Below, in pieces: positions 37,831 to 51,115 of a DNA stretch of 64,000 nucleotides. Source of the DNA: an uncultured Alphaproteobacteria bacterium (GTDB lineage Bacteria > Pseudomonadota > Alphaproteobacteria > Rhizobiales > Hyphomicrobiaceae); assembly GCA_963699485.1 (NCBI GenBank), contig CAVOUC010000018.1, positions 11,056-75,055 on the forward strand, read 5' to 3'. Under the pieces are notes generated by a model that saw only the letters and a program-made list of their open reading frames with translations, made no database searches and was not told the DNA's origin. The position numbers were made by a program, and so were the translations under genes. How positions within the stretch are numbered: position 1 is the stretch's first letter; every line of letters starts with the position of its first letter.

Positions 37831-40800
37831 TCAGCCGTCAAGGCGCCCGATGTCGAGGTCCCAAAGGCGGGCGGCGTGCGCGTCGAGGACATCGGCCGGA
37901 ATTTCCATGATTTTCGGCCCGTCGGTCCATAGCAGCGCCGCGCGCACGCGCTTTCCCGGATAGATCTCCGAGACCGCGAGGCGATACGCCGCAAGCTGGA
38001 GAAGATAGACCTCGGCGACGTCGGCGGCGCGTCGCGGCGCAACCCGATTCGTCTTGAAGTCGACGATCATCACCTCGCCGTCCTGCTCGGCGAGGCGGTC
38101 GATCTGCCCCGTGAGCTTGAGCGGCGGCCCCGAGCCGATCGGCCGGGGGAGGAGGGCCGCGATCGGCACCTCGGCCCGGCTCTCCTCTGCGAAAAGCGGC
38201 GCAAACATCGGATCGGAGAGCACGGCAAGGGTTTCCTCGACGATGCTCGCCCGCTGGCCCGGCGCGAGGAAGCGCCCCTTGGCCGCGACGAAGGCTTTCG
38301 CCGCCGCGGGCCGCTTCTCGGGTGCTAGTCGCGGCAGGTGCTCGAGCAGCGCGTGGGTGATGGTACCTCGCAAGAACCTCGCCTCGCCACCGGATGCCGA
38401 AGGAACCCGTGGCGCTGGCTCGGCGAGCGGATCGCGCTGCGGCTCCTTGGGATGCGGCTCGCCGGTCTCGTCCTGGTCGTAGGGGGCGAGCCTCGAGGGC
38501 GCGAGCGGGACTGCGAGCTGCGCCTCGCGCGGGGCCGGCCTCTTCGCCCAGTCGGGAAGAGGCGCCGCTGCGCGCCGGGCGCCGACCGCCCGGCTCGGAG
38601 GCTCCGACTTCGCAGACTGAGCGCAAGTGCGTCGCAGCACCGGCCGGCCATCGTCTCCCGGCGCCTCCTCGAGAGCGCTGAGCAAGCCCTGCTCGATGAG
38701 CTCGTACCAAGACCCGCGCGCGGGTCCATTCCTGCCCGCAAAGCCCGCAACGTAGAGCTGATCGCGTGCGCGCGTCATGGCGACGTAAAGCAGCCGGTTG
38801 TGCTCATCCCTTTCAGCGTCGGTGAGTGCCCCCCTGGCCGCGACGACGGCCGGGAGATTGGCGCAACCCTTGACGGTCCAGACAAGCGGCTTCTCGACGC
38901 CGGGAAACGGCGACGGCCCTGCCAGCGCCAAGGTCCCGCCGCGCGGCCGGCCGGCGGACGCGGCGCCGCAGGTGTCGGGCAGGAACACGATCGGCGCTTC
39001 GAGCCCCTTCGCGCCGTGCACGGTCATGACGCGCACCTCCTCGCGGCCGTGCTCCATGTCGCGCTTGATCTCGTGTGCGCCATCGCGCAACCAGTGGAGA
39101 AAGCCGGTGAGCGAGGGCGGCGCGCCGTCGTCGTAGGTGAGCGCGAGGTTCAGAAACTCGTCGATGGCGTCGGCGGCATCGGGGCCGAGCCGCGAAAGCA
39201 GCTTGGCGCGGACGCCGCCACCGTCGAGAAGGGAAGCAAAGAACTCGAAGGGCGGCGCGTAGTCGGCGGCCCGGCGCCAGCGTTTCAACGTCTCGGCCGC
39301 CTCGGCGTAGCAGGGCTTGAGCTCTGCGCCATCGAGCAGCGCCTTCCAGAGCGTCCCCTTTCGTCCCGGCGCAAGGACGAGGAGATCGTCGTCGTCGAGC
39401 CCGAAGATCGGGCTCTTCAGCACGGCGGCAAGCGCGAGGTCGTCCTCGGGCAACGTCAGGAAATCGCCGAGCGCCATCAGATCCTGAACCGCGATCTGCT
39501 CGAGCAGCGTGATGCGGTCGGCGCCGGCGACGGGAATATCGCGCGCTTTCAGCGCCGCCACCATCGGCGCGGCGAACGGTTGGCGCTTCCTGACAAGGAT
39601 CAGGATGTCGCCGGGCGTGATCAGGCGGTCCTCGGAGGCGAGCATCTCCTTGCGCGCGAGCCAGCCCTTGATGGTGTCGGCAATGCGCTCGGCGAGCCGC
39701 ACGGCCGGCGGCGCGGCGGCGGCGGCCTCCTCGTCGGCGGACCAGATATCGGCGGGGATGGCCGGCTCGAAGCGCTCGACCGGCCACAGCTCGACGAGCC
39801 CGGCTTGACCCAGGCGCTTCACCGTGTGCCGAATGCCGGTGACACCGGGCACCGGCACCCCTGCGAAGAGGTGGTCGACGGCAGAGAGCACGGGCTCGGT
39901 CGAGCGCCACGACATATCGAGCGTGATGTCGCTCCAGCCGAGACCGGAAGTTTCCGCAAGCGCTTTGAACTCGCCGCCCTTCGCGCCGAACATCTCCGGC
40001 GCCGCGCCCTGGAACGAGTAGATCGACTGCTTCTCGTCGCCGACCGCAAACAGCGTGCGCACGCCCTCATGCATGCCGTGGCCCGAGAAGAACTCGCGTG
40101 CGAGCGCCTCGACGATCTGCCACTGGGTTGGGCTCGTGTCCTGGCTCTCGTCGACGAGAATATGCTCGAGGCCGCTGTCGAGCTTGTAGAGGACCCACTC
40201 CGCAGCGCCTCCGGCATTGAGCAGCCTTTTCGTTCGCTCGATGAGATCGTCGTAGTCGAGCGCGGCCCGGCGCGCCTTGCCGGCGGTGTAGGCGGCCTCG
40301 GCAGCGCGCGCGATGGTGAGAAGCGCCATCGTCGCCTCGACGACCAGGAGACCGGTGCGCTGCTGATAGAGATCGAAAAACCGGCCCTGTGCCGACCTCA
40401 GGCGCGTCTCCTCTCCCGGGTGCTCGGTGGCAGTGCCATTCGTCAGTAGCCGTACTCGAGGCGTCCCGTCGGCCGTGAGGAATACTCGTCTCAGAGCATC
40501 GATACGCTGCGCCGAGGTCCCCGCGCTGGCGGCTTCGGCGAGATCGCGAGACATCGTGACCTCGGTTGCCGAGCCGGCGGCGGTGATATTGCGAAGCGCG
40601 ATCAGGCTGGCCTCGGTCATCACGTCGGCGAGATCGCGCGCAAGCGACTCGCGCGTCGCGCTCGAGGGCACGGCCAATGCCTCGCAATAGCCGCGCCGCG
40701 TCTCGTCGCCTTCCTCGAGCGCGAGCCAATCGCGGGCGTCGAGCGCCTCGCTCACGATGTCGTCGAAGCGATCGCCCGCCGCATAGGCGATGGCGGTGCG

Positions 40801-41367
40801 CAGCGCCTTTCCGAGGGAAGAGGCCGTATTGCGCGTTGCCTCTCCCAGCACGTGATCGATGGCGTCGCGGCGCAGCGAGCGCGCGAGGTTCTCCTCGAGA
40901 ATATTGAACCCGGGCGTGACGCCGGCTTCGAGCGGGAAGCGCTGCAGCAGGCGCTCGCAGAACGCGTGAATGGTCTGCACCTTGAAGCCGCCGGGCGTCT
41001 CGACGGCGGCGGCGAACAGCGTCCTCGCGCGGGCTTTTTCCTCGCTCGACGCCTCGCGGCCCGTGACCTTCTCCAAGACCGTGGCGAGGTCGTCGTCGGC
41101 GAGCGTCACCCACTCGGCGAGGCGAGCGAAGACGCGCTTCGACATCTCGGCGGCGGCGGCTTTCGTGAACGTCAGGCAGAGAATTTTCTCTGGACGCGTG
41201 CCGGCGAGGAGAAGGCGCAGGACGCGCGTGACGAGCACGTGCGTCTTGCCGGTGCCGGCGTTCGCTGCGACCCACGCGCAGCTTTTGGGATCGGCGGCGC
41301 GCGCCTGCTCACGCTCGGTGCGCGCGAGCGCATCGCCGATGGCCGAGCCGGCATGCCTCGACGCCAT
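37831..41367 (-). CDS. addA: Double-strand break repair helicase-nuclease AddA
   Basis: ANAGTGKT Walker A, LVDESQDTSP, VGDEKQSIYSFQGA, MTVHGAKGLE, GQIDRL...VDFKT nuclease. Confidence 0.96.
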   Translation of the reverse strand: MASRHAGSAIGDALARTEREQARAADPKSCAWVAANAGTGKTHVLVTRVLRLLLAGTRPEKILCLTFTKAAAAEMSKRVFARLAEWVTLADDDLATVLEKVTGREASSEEKARARTLFAAAVETPGGFKVQTIHAFCERLLQRFPLEAGVTPGFNILEENLARSLRRDAIDHVLGEATRNTASSLGKALRTAIAYAAGDRFDDIVSEALDARDWLALEEGDETRRGYCEALAVPSSATRESLARDLADVMTEASLIALRNITAAGSATEVTMSRDLAEAASAGTSAQRIDALRRVFLTADGTPRVRLLTNGTATEHPGEETRLRSAQGRFFDLYQQRTGLLVVEATMALLTIARAAEAAYTAGKARRAALDYDDLIERTKRLLNAGGAAEWVLYKLDSGLEHILVDESQDTSPTQWQIVEALAREFFSGHGMHEGVRTLFAVGDEKQSIYSFQGAAPEMFGAKGGEFKALAETSGLGWSDITLDMSWRSTEPVLSAVDHLFAGVPVPGVTGIRHTVKRLGQAGLVELWPVERFEPAIPADIWSADEEAAAAAPPAVRLAERIADTIKGWLARKEMLASEDRLITPGDILILVRKRQPFAAPMVAALKARDIPVAGADRITLLEQIAVQDLMALGDFLTLPEDDLALAAVLKSPIFGLDDDDLLVLAPGRKGTLWKALLDGAELKPCYAEAAETLKRWRRAADYAPPFEFFASLLDGGGVRAKLLSRLGPDAADAIDEFLNLALTYDDGAPPSLTGFLHWLRDGAHEIKRDMEHGREEVRVMTVHGAKGLEAPIVFLPDTCGAASAGRPRGGTLALAGPSPFPGVEKPLVWTVKGCANLPAVVAARGALTDAERDEHNRLLYVAMTRARDQLYVAGFAGRNGPARGSWYELIEQGLLSALEEAPGDDGRPVLRRTCAQSAKSEPPSRAVGARRAAAPLPDWAKRPAPREAQLAVPLAPSRLAPYDQDETGEPHPKEPQRDPLAEPAPRVPSASGGEARFLRGTITHALLEHLPRLAPEKRPAAAKAFVAAKGRFLAPGQRASIVEETLAVLSDPMFAPLFAEESRAEVPIAALLPRPIGSGPPLKLTGQIDRLAEQDGEVMIVDFKTNRVAPRRAADVAEVYLLQLAAYRLAVSEIYPGKRVRAALLWTDGPKIMEIPADVLDAHAARLWDLDIGRLDG

Positions 41368-41372
41368 CGGCC

Positions 41373-44300
41373 TCAGCCCTCCTCGCTGCCGGTTTCAGCG
41401 GACCACTCGGCGACACGCGCGAGATGGGCGTACGCGTCAAAGGCGTAGGAGAAGCCCGGGCGGCGCAGCGCGCGATAGGGCGTCGCGGGATCGTCGAAGC
41501 GCGCGACCCTGTGCGAAAGCCCCCGCACCGCTTGCGCTGCAAGCGCGTCAAAGTCATTGAACTCGATATCGCACTCCTCGCCGGGCGGCTCGCCGCCCGC
41601 CGCCGAGATGAAGCGAAGTCCGGCCACTTTCTCCTTCGGCACCTCGGCGAAGCCCACGCCATAGAGCGCGATTGCGGCTTCGAGCGGGAGCTGCGGAGCG
41701 GCGAACGACAGGACGTCGTTCTCTTTTGGCGGCTTGCCGGTCTTGTAGTCGGTAATGACAAGCCCCTCCTCCGTCACGTCGATGCGGTCGGCGCGCGCGG
41801 TGAGCGTGAACGGGCCCGCGGGCGCATCGAGAACAAGGCTGCCGGACGTCTCGGCGATGATGGCCCGGGCCTTCTCGCGCCGCTTGGGCTCGGTGTCGGC
41901 GAACCACTCGGCGAAGCGCTCGAAGCGGGGGATCCAGAACGCGGCAATGCGCGGGTGAGCCGCGTATTCATGGAGCGCCTCGCGGGCAAAGCGCGCGAGT
42001 TCGCCCTCGACGTCGGCCGGCAACCTGCTCGGGTAGGCCTTGGCGAAGCGCGAGAGCGCCTCGTGAATGAGGCTGCCGCGCAGGCTCGGCTGCGGCTCGA
42101 GCCCGAGCGGGTCGAGCGGCTCGAGCCTCAGGACCTCGCGCGCGAAGATGTCATAGGGGTTCTTGATCCAGGCCTCGACGCGCGAGACGGAGAGCTTGCG
42201 CGGCCTCTGCCCAACCGCCGGGCGAGGTGCGGGCGCCTTGAGGCGGGGCGCGCGCGGGGCCCGGTCGCGCTCGAGGGCCCAGCCGAGTTGCGGGCGCTCG
42301 CCGAGCGCCACGTCAACGCCCAAACCGGCGGTGAGCGCCTTCATCCTGAGCAGCCAGCGCGACGGCACGGTCGGCACGCCGTCGCGCTTCTCGGCCCGGG
42401 TCAGAACCACCTCGGGCGCGCAGAGGAGGGTTGCGAAGTCATGGGCGGCGAGGCCGATCTTCTCCTCGGGCGAGGGAAGACCAAGCTCAAGGCGCATGGG
42501 CCGGTTGAGCCAGGGGCCGGGATCGGCGGCCTCGGGCCACGTCCCGTCGTTGAGCGAGCCGAGGACGACGACGTCCGGCTGCTGGAGGCGCGCCTCGAAC
42601 GGCCCCCAGATGAAGAGCCTCGGATGCACGGGGACGCGCGGGCGCACTGCCTCGCCCTGAAGCAGGCTGCGGTAGAGATCAGCGTAGTCGCCGGGCGCGA
42701 TGGCGAGCCCGGATGAAGTCTCGAGCAGCCCGGCAAAGAACCGGTTGGCGGACTCGCCGGCCTCTCCGTCCCAAAGGGGAGAGGATGGCTGTTCGGCGCC
42801 CTCGGCCAACGGGAGTTGCGCCACCGCCTCGGCGGCGGCGGCGTGGGCCGCCGCCAGCTCCTTGAGCCCCCGGCGCACCGGCGTCTCGTAGGCGATCGTG
42901 AGCGGCGCCGTCGCGGCCTTGAGTTGGGCGACGAGATCACGTGCGCCGTCCCAATCCTCCTTCCATAGGCGGCGCACGGCCGGGTGCGGTCTGCGGCCGC
43001 CGTCGCCCGCGAGCGCCGCCCGCTCCAGCGCCTGCTCCACGCCCGCCAGTCCTGTGCCGAGATAGGGCTGCCGGAAGGCCGCAAGCTCGAGTGCGCGGGC
43101 GGCGCGCCGGACCGCGAACGGATCGAGCCCGAGCCGGGTCAAGGGATGCTTCAGGAGAGCCACCAGCTCGGCCGGCGCGAAATCGGCGGCAACGGCGGAG
43201 ATGAGGAGATCGAGGAACGAGCCCGCCGCCGTCTTGGCGAAGGGACGGCCGGCCGAATCGTCGACCCGGAGGCCCCACGCCTCGAGACGCACGACGACGC
43301 GGCGCGCGAGGAGCCGGTCGGGCGAAACGAGCGCCGCCGTGCGCCCCGGCGTCTCCGCCGCCTCACGCAGGATGAGGGCGATCGCCTCGGCCTCGGCCTC
43401 GGCGGTCGGCGCCTCGATCAGGCTCAGACCCTTGAACGCGCCGGCCTCCACAACCTCGCCGGCGCGGGCGGCGAATGTCCGCCATCGGTCCGTCGTCGAC
43501 GCGGGGCGCAGCGTCTCGGAAACGAAGCTCGCGCGCGCTCCCTCGGCCGCGCCCGTCTCTGCGCCGGGCAGCACGGCAACGTCGCGCCGCTCGACGCCGA
43601 GGCGATCGAGCAGCTTCCTCAGGCCGAACTGCGGGTGCTCGGGATGGCCCCTGGTTGCGCCGGCCGGTGAAATGGCATCCCAGCTCGCGTCGTCGAGGGC
43701 GGTATCAAGGGCCGGCAGCACGATCGCGCCGTTCGGGAGACCGAGGACGGCACGCATGAGCTCGGCGGTCGCCGGAATGGACCCGGTGACGCCGGCGACG
43801 ATGACCGGGGCACTCGGCGGATGCTTCTCGAGGCGGCGCGCCTCGGCGAGAATGAGGCGGTTACGCCGCTCGGCCGGTGAGAGAAAACCGATCTCCGCGA
43901 GATGCGCCGGCCAGTACTCCGTTACGATCTTCAAGAACTCGATCGTGCGCTGCCAGTGGACGGAGTAGGTCTCCGGAACGAGCGCGGCGAGCCGCCCGAG
44001 GCTCGCGCCCTCGGTCTCGACCATGTCCATGAGGCGGGCGAGCTCGGCGGCGAGCGTCGCCGCCTGGGCGGGCGAGCCGGCGCCGGCCGCCGCGAACGGT
44101 GCAAGCCCCTCGCGGTCGCCACTGCCGGCGCCCCGCATCACCTCCGACCAGCGCAAGACGAGCTCGGTCAGCGCCAGGCGCCGCTCCATCTCGCTCATCG
44201 CGGGCGGGATATCCGCGTCGCCGAGCCCGGCGCCGCCGGCTCCGACAGCGGCCTCGATCAGCGACAGGTCCTCCGCGCCCTCGGCGATCGGCACGATTTT

Positions 44301-44540
44301 CGGGAGCAGCATCGCGCGCCCCCCCGAGGCGCGCAGGAAGGCCTCCTCGAGGGCGCGCGTCGCGCGCCGCGTCGGCAGCATGAGCGTCATCGCGGGCAGA
44401 TCGAGCGGCCGCGGCGGCCCGCCGCCGGTCCATGCGGAGCATGGCTTCGCCATGACCGGCAGATCGCCGGCGAGGATCGCGCGGGCGAGGCAATCGAGAA
44501 ACGGCCGCCCCGGCGGCACCGTGTAGATGTTGGCCTTCAC
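41373..44540 (-). CDS. addB: Double-strand break repair protein AddB
   Basis: NIYTVPPGRPFL, LPTRRA, HPQFGL, DDSAGRP, ADRID...DYKTG nuclease. Confidence 0.95.
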   Translation of the reverse strand: MKANIYTVPPGRPFLDCLARAILAGDLPVMAKPCSAWTGGGPPRPLDLPAMTLMLPTRRATRALEEAFLRASGGRAMLLPKIVPIAEGAEDLSLIEAAVGAGGAGLGDADIPPAMSEMERRLALTELVLRWSEVMRGAGSGDREGLAPFAAAGAGSPAQAATLAAELARLMDMVETEGASLGRLAALVPETYSVHWQRTIEFLKIVTEYWPAHLAEIGFLSPAERRNRLILAEARRLEKHPPSAPVIVAGVTGSIPATAELMRAVLGLPNGAIVLPALDTALDDASWDAISPAGATRGHPEHPQFGLRKLLDRLGVERRDVAVLPGAETGAAEGARASFVSETLRPASTTDRWRTFAARAGEVVEAGAFKGLSLIEAPTAEAEAEAIALILREAAETPGRTAALVSPDRLLARRVVVRLEAWGLRVDDSAGRPFAKTAAGSFLDLLISAVAADFAPAELVALLKHPLTRLGLDPFAVRRAARALELAAFRQPYLGTGLAGVEQALERAALAGDGGRRPHPAVRRLWKEDWDGARDLVAQLKAATAPLTIAYETPVRRGLKELAAAHAAAAEAVAQLPLAEGAEQPSSPLWDGEAGESANRFFAGLLETSSGLAIAPGDYADLYRSLLQGEAVRPRVPVHPRLFIWGPFEARLQQPDVVVLGSLNDGTWPEAADPGPWLNRPMRLELGLPSPEEKIGLAAHDFATLLCAPEVVLTRAEKRDGVPTVPSRWLLRMKALTAGLGVDVALGERPQLGWALERDRAPRAPRLKAPAPRPAVGQRPRKLSVSRVEAWIKNPYDIFAREVLRLEPLDPLGLEPQPSLRGSLIHEALSRFAKAYPSRLPADVEGELARFAREALHEYAAHPRIAAFWIPRFERFAEWFADTEPKRREKARAIIAETSGSLVLDAPAGPFTLTARADRIDVTEEGLVITDYKTGKPPKENDVLSFAAPQLPLEAAIALYGVGFAEVPKEKVAGLRFISAAGGEPPGEECDIEFNDFDALAAQAVRGLSHRVARFDDPATPYRALRRPGFSYAFDAYAHLARVAEWSAETGSEEG

Positions 44541-44600
44541 CCGTCCCCCAGACCTTTACCGCTCAGTAGTATGAGTCGCGACGATTTCCCCCCTCGCAAC

Positions 44601-44626
44601 GTCATCCCCGCGAAGGCGGGGATCTA
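44601..44626. repeat. Half REP-like palindrome
   Basis: GTCATCCCCGCGAAGGCGGGGATC, a common alphaproteobacterial intergenic palindrome; the partner arm is degenerate. Confidence 0.6.
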
Positions 44627-44798
44627 CCCAAGGTAGCTAGAGTGCCTCCAAATGCCGGCCTGGACGGATGACGTCGGGAATGGCGACGAGCGGAGACTAT
44701 CGCACGGTCAAATCAGGCAAGCGAAGCGCGACCCCGAGCGCATCAGATAATTCGGAGATTTCCACAGGGCGACGCACACTTGAGCGAGCAATCGGCAA

Positions 44799-44837
44799 CA
44801 AAAAGCCCCGCTCCGTGGTTCGCGGGAGGCGGGGCTT
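44799..44837 (-). terminator. Rho-independent terminator after dnaK
   Basis: Minus strand AAGCCCCGCCTCC...GGAGCGGGGCTTTTTG. Confidence 0.8.
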
Positions 44838-44854
44838 AAAGCAATGCCAAGAGA

Positions 44855-46786
<1,932 letters not shown>

Positions 46787-46909
46787 TCCAGTTGTTCCTC
46801 TTCGTTGCGGCGAACCGGCCGGACCCAAATATTGGCTTCCGGCATTCCGTCCGACCCCGCATGGGTCGTGCGTTCGGTCCCCTAGGAGCTGCGTTAGACG
46901 ATGGGCGGT

Positions 46910-46938
46910 TATATAGGGTCGTCTTCTCAGCGCGCAAC
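46910..46938 (-). promoter_or_regulatory. Probable RpoH promoter of dnaK
   Basis: Minus strand GTTG-N17-CCTATAT, close to the alphaproteobacterial sigma32 consensus CTTG-N17-CCTATAT. Confidence 0.6.
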
Positions 46939-47021
46939 GGGACCGGGCCTGAGCCTGTTATCAATTTTCGGGGCCACGCTCCAATATTATTCACATAATT
47001 CTAGGCCCTACTCCCGATCTG

Positions 47022-47050
47022 TTGACCCCTCTACTTGATATCTCCATATA
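47022..47050 (+). promoter_or_regulatory. Possible sigma70 promoter of lepB
   Basis: TTGACC-N17-CATATA. Confidence 0.4.
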
Positions 47051-47163
47051 CGGCGGGGCTCAGCCGCGCGTCATCGTTAAGCCGAGGTTCAGCGCAGGAT
47101 TGCGATCTTCGCGGCCGAGGCCGCGAAGTCCCCGCTTCATGATCAGGAGAACGAGGCGCACGC

Positions 47164-47880
47164 ATGCGAGGCTTGCTTAAGGAATTCTTACCCTCGGTCG
47201 CGCTCGCGGCCGGATTTGCGTTCCTGTTCCAGACGACGGCGTTCGCGACCTTCTACATCCCCTCCGAGAGCATGGTCCCGACCCTCGAGGTCGGTGATCG
47301 GATAACGACGTCGAAATTCGCCTACGGCTGGAGCCGTTACTCGCTCCCTTTCGACCTCGCGCTGCCGAAGGCGCTCTCTGGACGCATCTTCGCTGAGCCG
47401 CCCAAGCGCGGCGACATCGTCGTCTTCATCCACCCGAAGACGGGCGAGCGCATGATCAAGCGCCTCGTCGGCCTCCCCGGCGACCGCATCGCTATTCGTG
47501 AGGGGCGCTTGTGGCTCAACGGCGCGCTCGTCCCGCGCCGCTTCGAGCGTATCTACAAGTATCGCGAGTATCTGGGGCGCATCGTCGAGGTCGCCGAGTA
47601 CACCGAGGAGCTCCCGGGCGGCGTCAGTCACGCGATCATCGAGCGCACGCACTTCCGGATCGAGCCCGACATGGCCGAGATGACGATCCCGCCCGGCCGC
47701 TACTTCATGATGGGCGACAACCGCGACAACTCCGCCGACAGCCGCTTCGCTGAGATGGGCCTCGTTCCCGACGAGAACCTGGTGGGGCGCGCGGAAGCCA
47801 TCCTCTACAGCTGGTACTCGTGCGAGGAGGAGCCGGAGGCGACATGCGCGAGCCGCCGCTTCGCGACCCGTCTCGACTGA
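47164..47880 (+). CDS. lepB: Signal peptidase I
   Basis: IPSESMVPTL (Ser), MIKRLVGLPGD (Lys), MGDNRDNSADSR. Confidence 0.95.
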   Translation: MRGLLKEFLPSVALAAGFAFLFQTTAFATFYIPSESMVPTLEVGDRITTSKFAYGWSRYSLPFDLALPKALSGRIFAEPPKRGDIVVFIHPKTGERMIKRLVGLPGDRIAIREGRLWLNGALVPRRFERIYKYREYLGRIVEVAEYTEELPGGVSHAIIERTHFRIEPDMAEMTIPPGRYFMMGDNRDNSADSRFAEMGLVPDENLVGRAEAILYSWYSCEEEPEATCASRRFATRLD

Positions 47881-48546
47881 TCAGCCTCTGCCGTCGTTCT
47901 CGGGCGGAACGTCCGGGGAATTGGGCGCGGCCCCGGCGGAAGTGTCGTTGTCGGCCTTGATCGGCTTCTGCCCGCCTTTCGCCACCACCACCATCGCCGG
48001 GCGCAGGACGCGATCCTCGATGACATAGCCCGGCTGGAAGACCTCGAGGATGGTGCCGGCCGGCACGTCCGCGTTTTGAACCTCCATCATCGCCTGATGG
48101 TGATGCGGGTTGAACGTCTCCCCCTTGGGATTGATGCGCTTAACCCCGTATCGCTCGAGCACGTTCAGGAACTCGCGCTCGGTCATGGTCACGCCCTCGA
48201 CCAGGCTCTTCAGAGCCGGGTCCTGCTCGGCGGCCCCCGAAGGGACGGACTGGACGGCGCGCTCGAAGTTGTCGGCAACCGTGACGACATCGCGGGCAAA
48301 ACGCGTGATCGCGTACTTGGCCGTCTCCTCCTTGTCGCGCTCGGCACGCTTGCGAATATTGTCCATTTCCGCGTGCGCGCGGAGCAGCCGGTCGCGCAGA
48401 TCGGCGATTTGCGCCTGCTGCAGCTCGACCTCCGTCGCGAGGCTTGCCGGATCGAGCGCCGAGAGCGGGGCTTCGGCCTCGGCTTGTGGCCCGGCCCCAG
48501 GCTTACCCCGGGGAGCATTTTGAGCGTTGTCGGTCTCGTCTGCCAT
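47881..48546 (-). CDS. grpE: Nucleotide exchange factor GrpE
   Basis: LLRAHAEMDNIRKR, FNPHHHQAM, GYVIEDRVLRPAMV. Confidence 0.97.
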   Translation of the reverse strand: MADETDNAQNAPRGKPGAGPQAEAEAPLSALDPASLATEVELQQAQIADLRDRLLRAHAEMDNIRKRAERDKEETAKYAITRFARDVVTVADNFERAVQSVPSGAAEQDPALKSLVEGVTMTEREFLNVLERYGVKRINPKGETFNPHHHQAMMEVQNADVPAGTILEVFQPGYVIEDRVLRPAMVVVAKGGQKPIKADNDTSAGAAPNSPDVPPENDGRG

Positions 48547-48613
48547 GGCAACTCTGCTTCAACGCCCCTGGATCCTGATCGCGAGCCCGATATCAGCCGC
48601 AAATCCGCAAAAA

Positions 48614-49672
48614 TCAAGTGATGAGACGGCTCACCAGCTTGGCGGTGTAATCGACCATGGGAATGATGCGCGCATAATTGATCCGCGTCGGCCCGATGAC
48701 GCCGAGAACGCCGACAACCTTGCGCGCCCCGTCGTGGAATGGCGCCACGATCAAAGACGAGCCGGACAGCGAGAACAGCTTGTTCTCCGAGCCAATGAAA
48801 ATGCGCACCCCGTCCGCGTGCTCGGCGAGGCCCAGGATCTGCGCGAGCTCCCGCTTCGTCTCGAGATCGTCGAACAGCAGCCTGATGCGCTCGAGATCCT
48901 CGATCGCCGTCAGGTCCTTGAGCAGGTTCGACTGGCCCCGCACGATCAGGCTCTTTCTGTCGTCGAGCGCGCCGGACCACTCGGCGAGGCCGGCCTTGAT
49001 CACCTTCTGCGTCAGATTGTCGAGCTCGGCCTTGGCCTTGCCGAGCTCCGCCTCGACCGCCCCTCGCGCCTCCGCGATCGTCTTGCCGCGGATCTGGGCG
49101 TTGAGATAGTTGGCGGCTTCCGTGAGCGCCGAGGGAGGCAGGCCCGGCGGCAGCGATATGACGCGGTTCTCGACGTTCTGGTCCTCGCCGACGAGGACCA
49201 CGAGCGCCTTCATCGGCTCGAGCGGCACGAACTCTATGTGGCGCAAGCGCACGACCTGCTTCTCGGCGAGCACGACGCCCGCGCAATGGGAGAGGCCGGA
49301 GATCATCTCGCCGGCCTCCGTCAGGACCTGGTCGAGCGACTTCGTCCGCTTGACAGAGATCTGCGCCTCGATCTGGCGGCGCTCCTCCTCGGCGAGGTGA
49401 CCGACCTCGAGCAGGCCGTCGACGAAAAGACGCAGGCCCGACTGCGTCGGCATGCGGCCGGCGGAGGTGTGGGGCGCGTAAATGAGGCCTGCCTGCTCGA
49501 GGTCGGCCATGACGTTGCGGATCGAGGCCGGCGACAGCGACATCGGCAGCACGCGCGAAAGATTGCGCGAGCCGACGGGCTCGCCGGTCGCGAGGTAGCT
49601 CTCGACGAGCTGGCGCAGGATCGCGCGCGAGCGCTCGGAGAGCTTGGCGATCTCGGAGACAGGTTCGGTCAT
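48614..49672 (-). CDS. hrcA: Heat-inducible transcription repressor HrcA
   Basis: [40 protein letters not shown]. Confidence 0.97.
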   Translation of the reverse strand: MTEPVSEIAKLSERSRAILRQLVESYLATGEPVGSRNLSRVLPMSLSPASIRNVMADLEQAGLIYAPHTSAGRMPTQSGLRLFVDGLLEVGHLAEEERRQIEAQISVKRTKSLDQVLTEAGEMISGLSHCAGVVLAEKQVVRLRHIEFVPLEPMKALVVLVGEDQNVENRVISLPPGLPPSALTEAANYLNAQIRGKTIAEARGAVEAELGKAKAELDNLTQKVIKAGLAEWSGALDDRKSLIVRGQSNLLKDLTAIEDLERIRLLFDDLETKRELAQILGLAEHADGVRIFIGSENKLFSLSGSSLIVAPFHDGARKVVGVLGVIGPTRINYARIIPMVDYTAKLVSRLIT

Positions 49673-49905
49673 CGTGGTACGTGGCGCTCGAACTGGACCA
49701 GCCGTGAGCTCAGCCCGGTATCTAGGAACGGGCCGCCCCGCTCGTCAATCTTCGCCGGGGATGGAGGTTGACCCGGCAGTCCTCGCCGCCCGCCTTTTCG
49801 GGGCCAAAGCCGCTGCATTACTGCTTCCATCAAGGCCGATGGCGCTCTAGGGTCGCCGCTTGCAACTGGCCGGAAACGGCCCAACGAAACGATATAAAGG
49901 CTTCC

Positions 49906-50619
49906 ATGCGCCCCTCGAAACGGCTCCCCGACGAGCTTCGCCGAGTCTCCCTCGAGCGCGCGGTCTCGATGCACGCCGAGGGGTCGTGCCTGATCAAGTT
50001 CGGCAATACGCAGGTGCTCTGCACGGCGAGCCTCGAGGAGCGCCTGCCGCCCTGGCTCAAGGGGCAGGGGCGCGGCTGGGTCACGGCGGAGTACGGCATG
50101 CTGCCGCGCGCGACGAGCGAGAGGACGCGGCGCGAGGCTTCGGTTGGCAGTCAGTCGGGCCGCTCCCAGGAGATTCAGCGCCTGATCGGGCGCGCGCTGC
50201 GCGCCGTCGTCGACCTCGTCAAGCTCGGCGACCGGCAGATCACCGTCGACTGCGACGTGATCCAGGCCGACGGGGGCACGCGCACGGCCGCCATCACCGG
50301 CGCGTGGGTCGCGCTCTACGATTGCATCCAATGGATGAAGGTTCGCGACATGGTGAAGGACGGCGTGCTCCGCGACCATGTCGCGGCCGTCTCGTGCGGC
50401 ATCTACAAGGGAACGCCGGTGCTCGATCTCGATTATGCCGAGGACTCGAACGCGGAGGCAGATTCGAACTTCGTCATGACCGGCGCCGGCGGCATCGTCG
50501 AGGTGCAGGGCACGGCGGAGACGGTCGCCTTCAGTCAGGAAAGCTTCGATCAGCTCATGGTGCTGGCGAGGAAGGGCATCGGCGAGCTGATCCAGCTGCA
50601 GAAGCTCACCGTCGCGTAA
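49906..50619 (+). CDS. rph: Ribonuclease PH
   Basis: [43 protein letters not shown]. Confidence 0.98.
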   Translation: MRPSKRLPDELRRVSLERAVSMHAEGSCLIKFGNTQVLCTASLEERLPPWLKGQGRGWVTAEYGMLPRATSERTRREASVGSQSGRSQEIQRLIGRALRAVVDLVKLGDRQITVDCDVIQADGGTRTAAITGAWVALYDCIQWMKVRDMVKDGVLRDHVAAVSCGIYKGTPVLDLDYAEDSNAEADSNFVMTGAGGIVEVQGTAETVAFSQESFDQLMVLARKGIGELIQLQKLTVA

Positions 50620-50623
50620 GGGA

Positions 50624-50694
50624 GGCATCAGGCACTAGGCAACAGGCAACGATTGTTCGTCTTCGCTGCTGCCTGATGCCCGATGCCTGTTGCC
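50624..50694. repeat. Inverted heptamer-repeat hairpin, (GGCAnnA)x4 ... (TnnTGCC)x4
   Basis: GGCATCA GGCACTA GGCAACA GGCAACG ... TGCTGCC TGATGCC CGATGCC TGTTGCC; same family as 35792..35862. Confidence 0.85.
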
Positions 50695-50704
50695 GATAGC
50701 AGTC

Positions 50705-51115
50705 ATGACTCCAGCCGGCGTCCTCGAAACGGTTCTCTACGCCCACGACCTCGATGCGATCGAGACGTTTTACCGCGCCGTGCTCGGGCTCGAGCCCCAC
50801 GCCAAGGCCGAAGGGCGCCAGGTCTTCTACCGGTGCGGCGGACAGATGCTGCTGATCTTCAATCCGGAAGCCACGAACATGGCGCCAACCAACCCGGCGC
50901 TGCCGGTGCCGCCCCACGGCTGCTATGGCGAAGGCCACGTGTGCTTTCGCGCTTCCCTCCCCGAGATCGAGGCTTGGCGCGCCCACCTCGAGGCGAAGGG
51001 CGTCGCGATCGAGGCCGACTTCGAATGGCCCGGCGGCGGGCGCTCGATCTATTTCCGCGACCCCGCCGGCAATTGCCTCGAGTTCGCCGAGCCGCGCATC
51101 TGGGGATTCGACTGA
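50705..51115 (+). CDS. VOC/glyoxalase family protein
   Basis: [30 protein letters not shown]. Confidence 0.9.
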   Translation: MTPAGVLETVLYAHDLDAIETFYRAVLGLEPHAKAEGRQVFYRCGGQMLLIFNPEATNMAPTNPALPVPPHGCYGEGHVCFRASLPEIEAWRAHLEAKGVAIEADFEWPGGGRSIYFRDPAGNCLEFAEPRIWGFD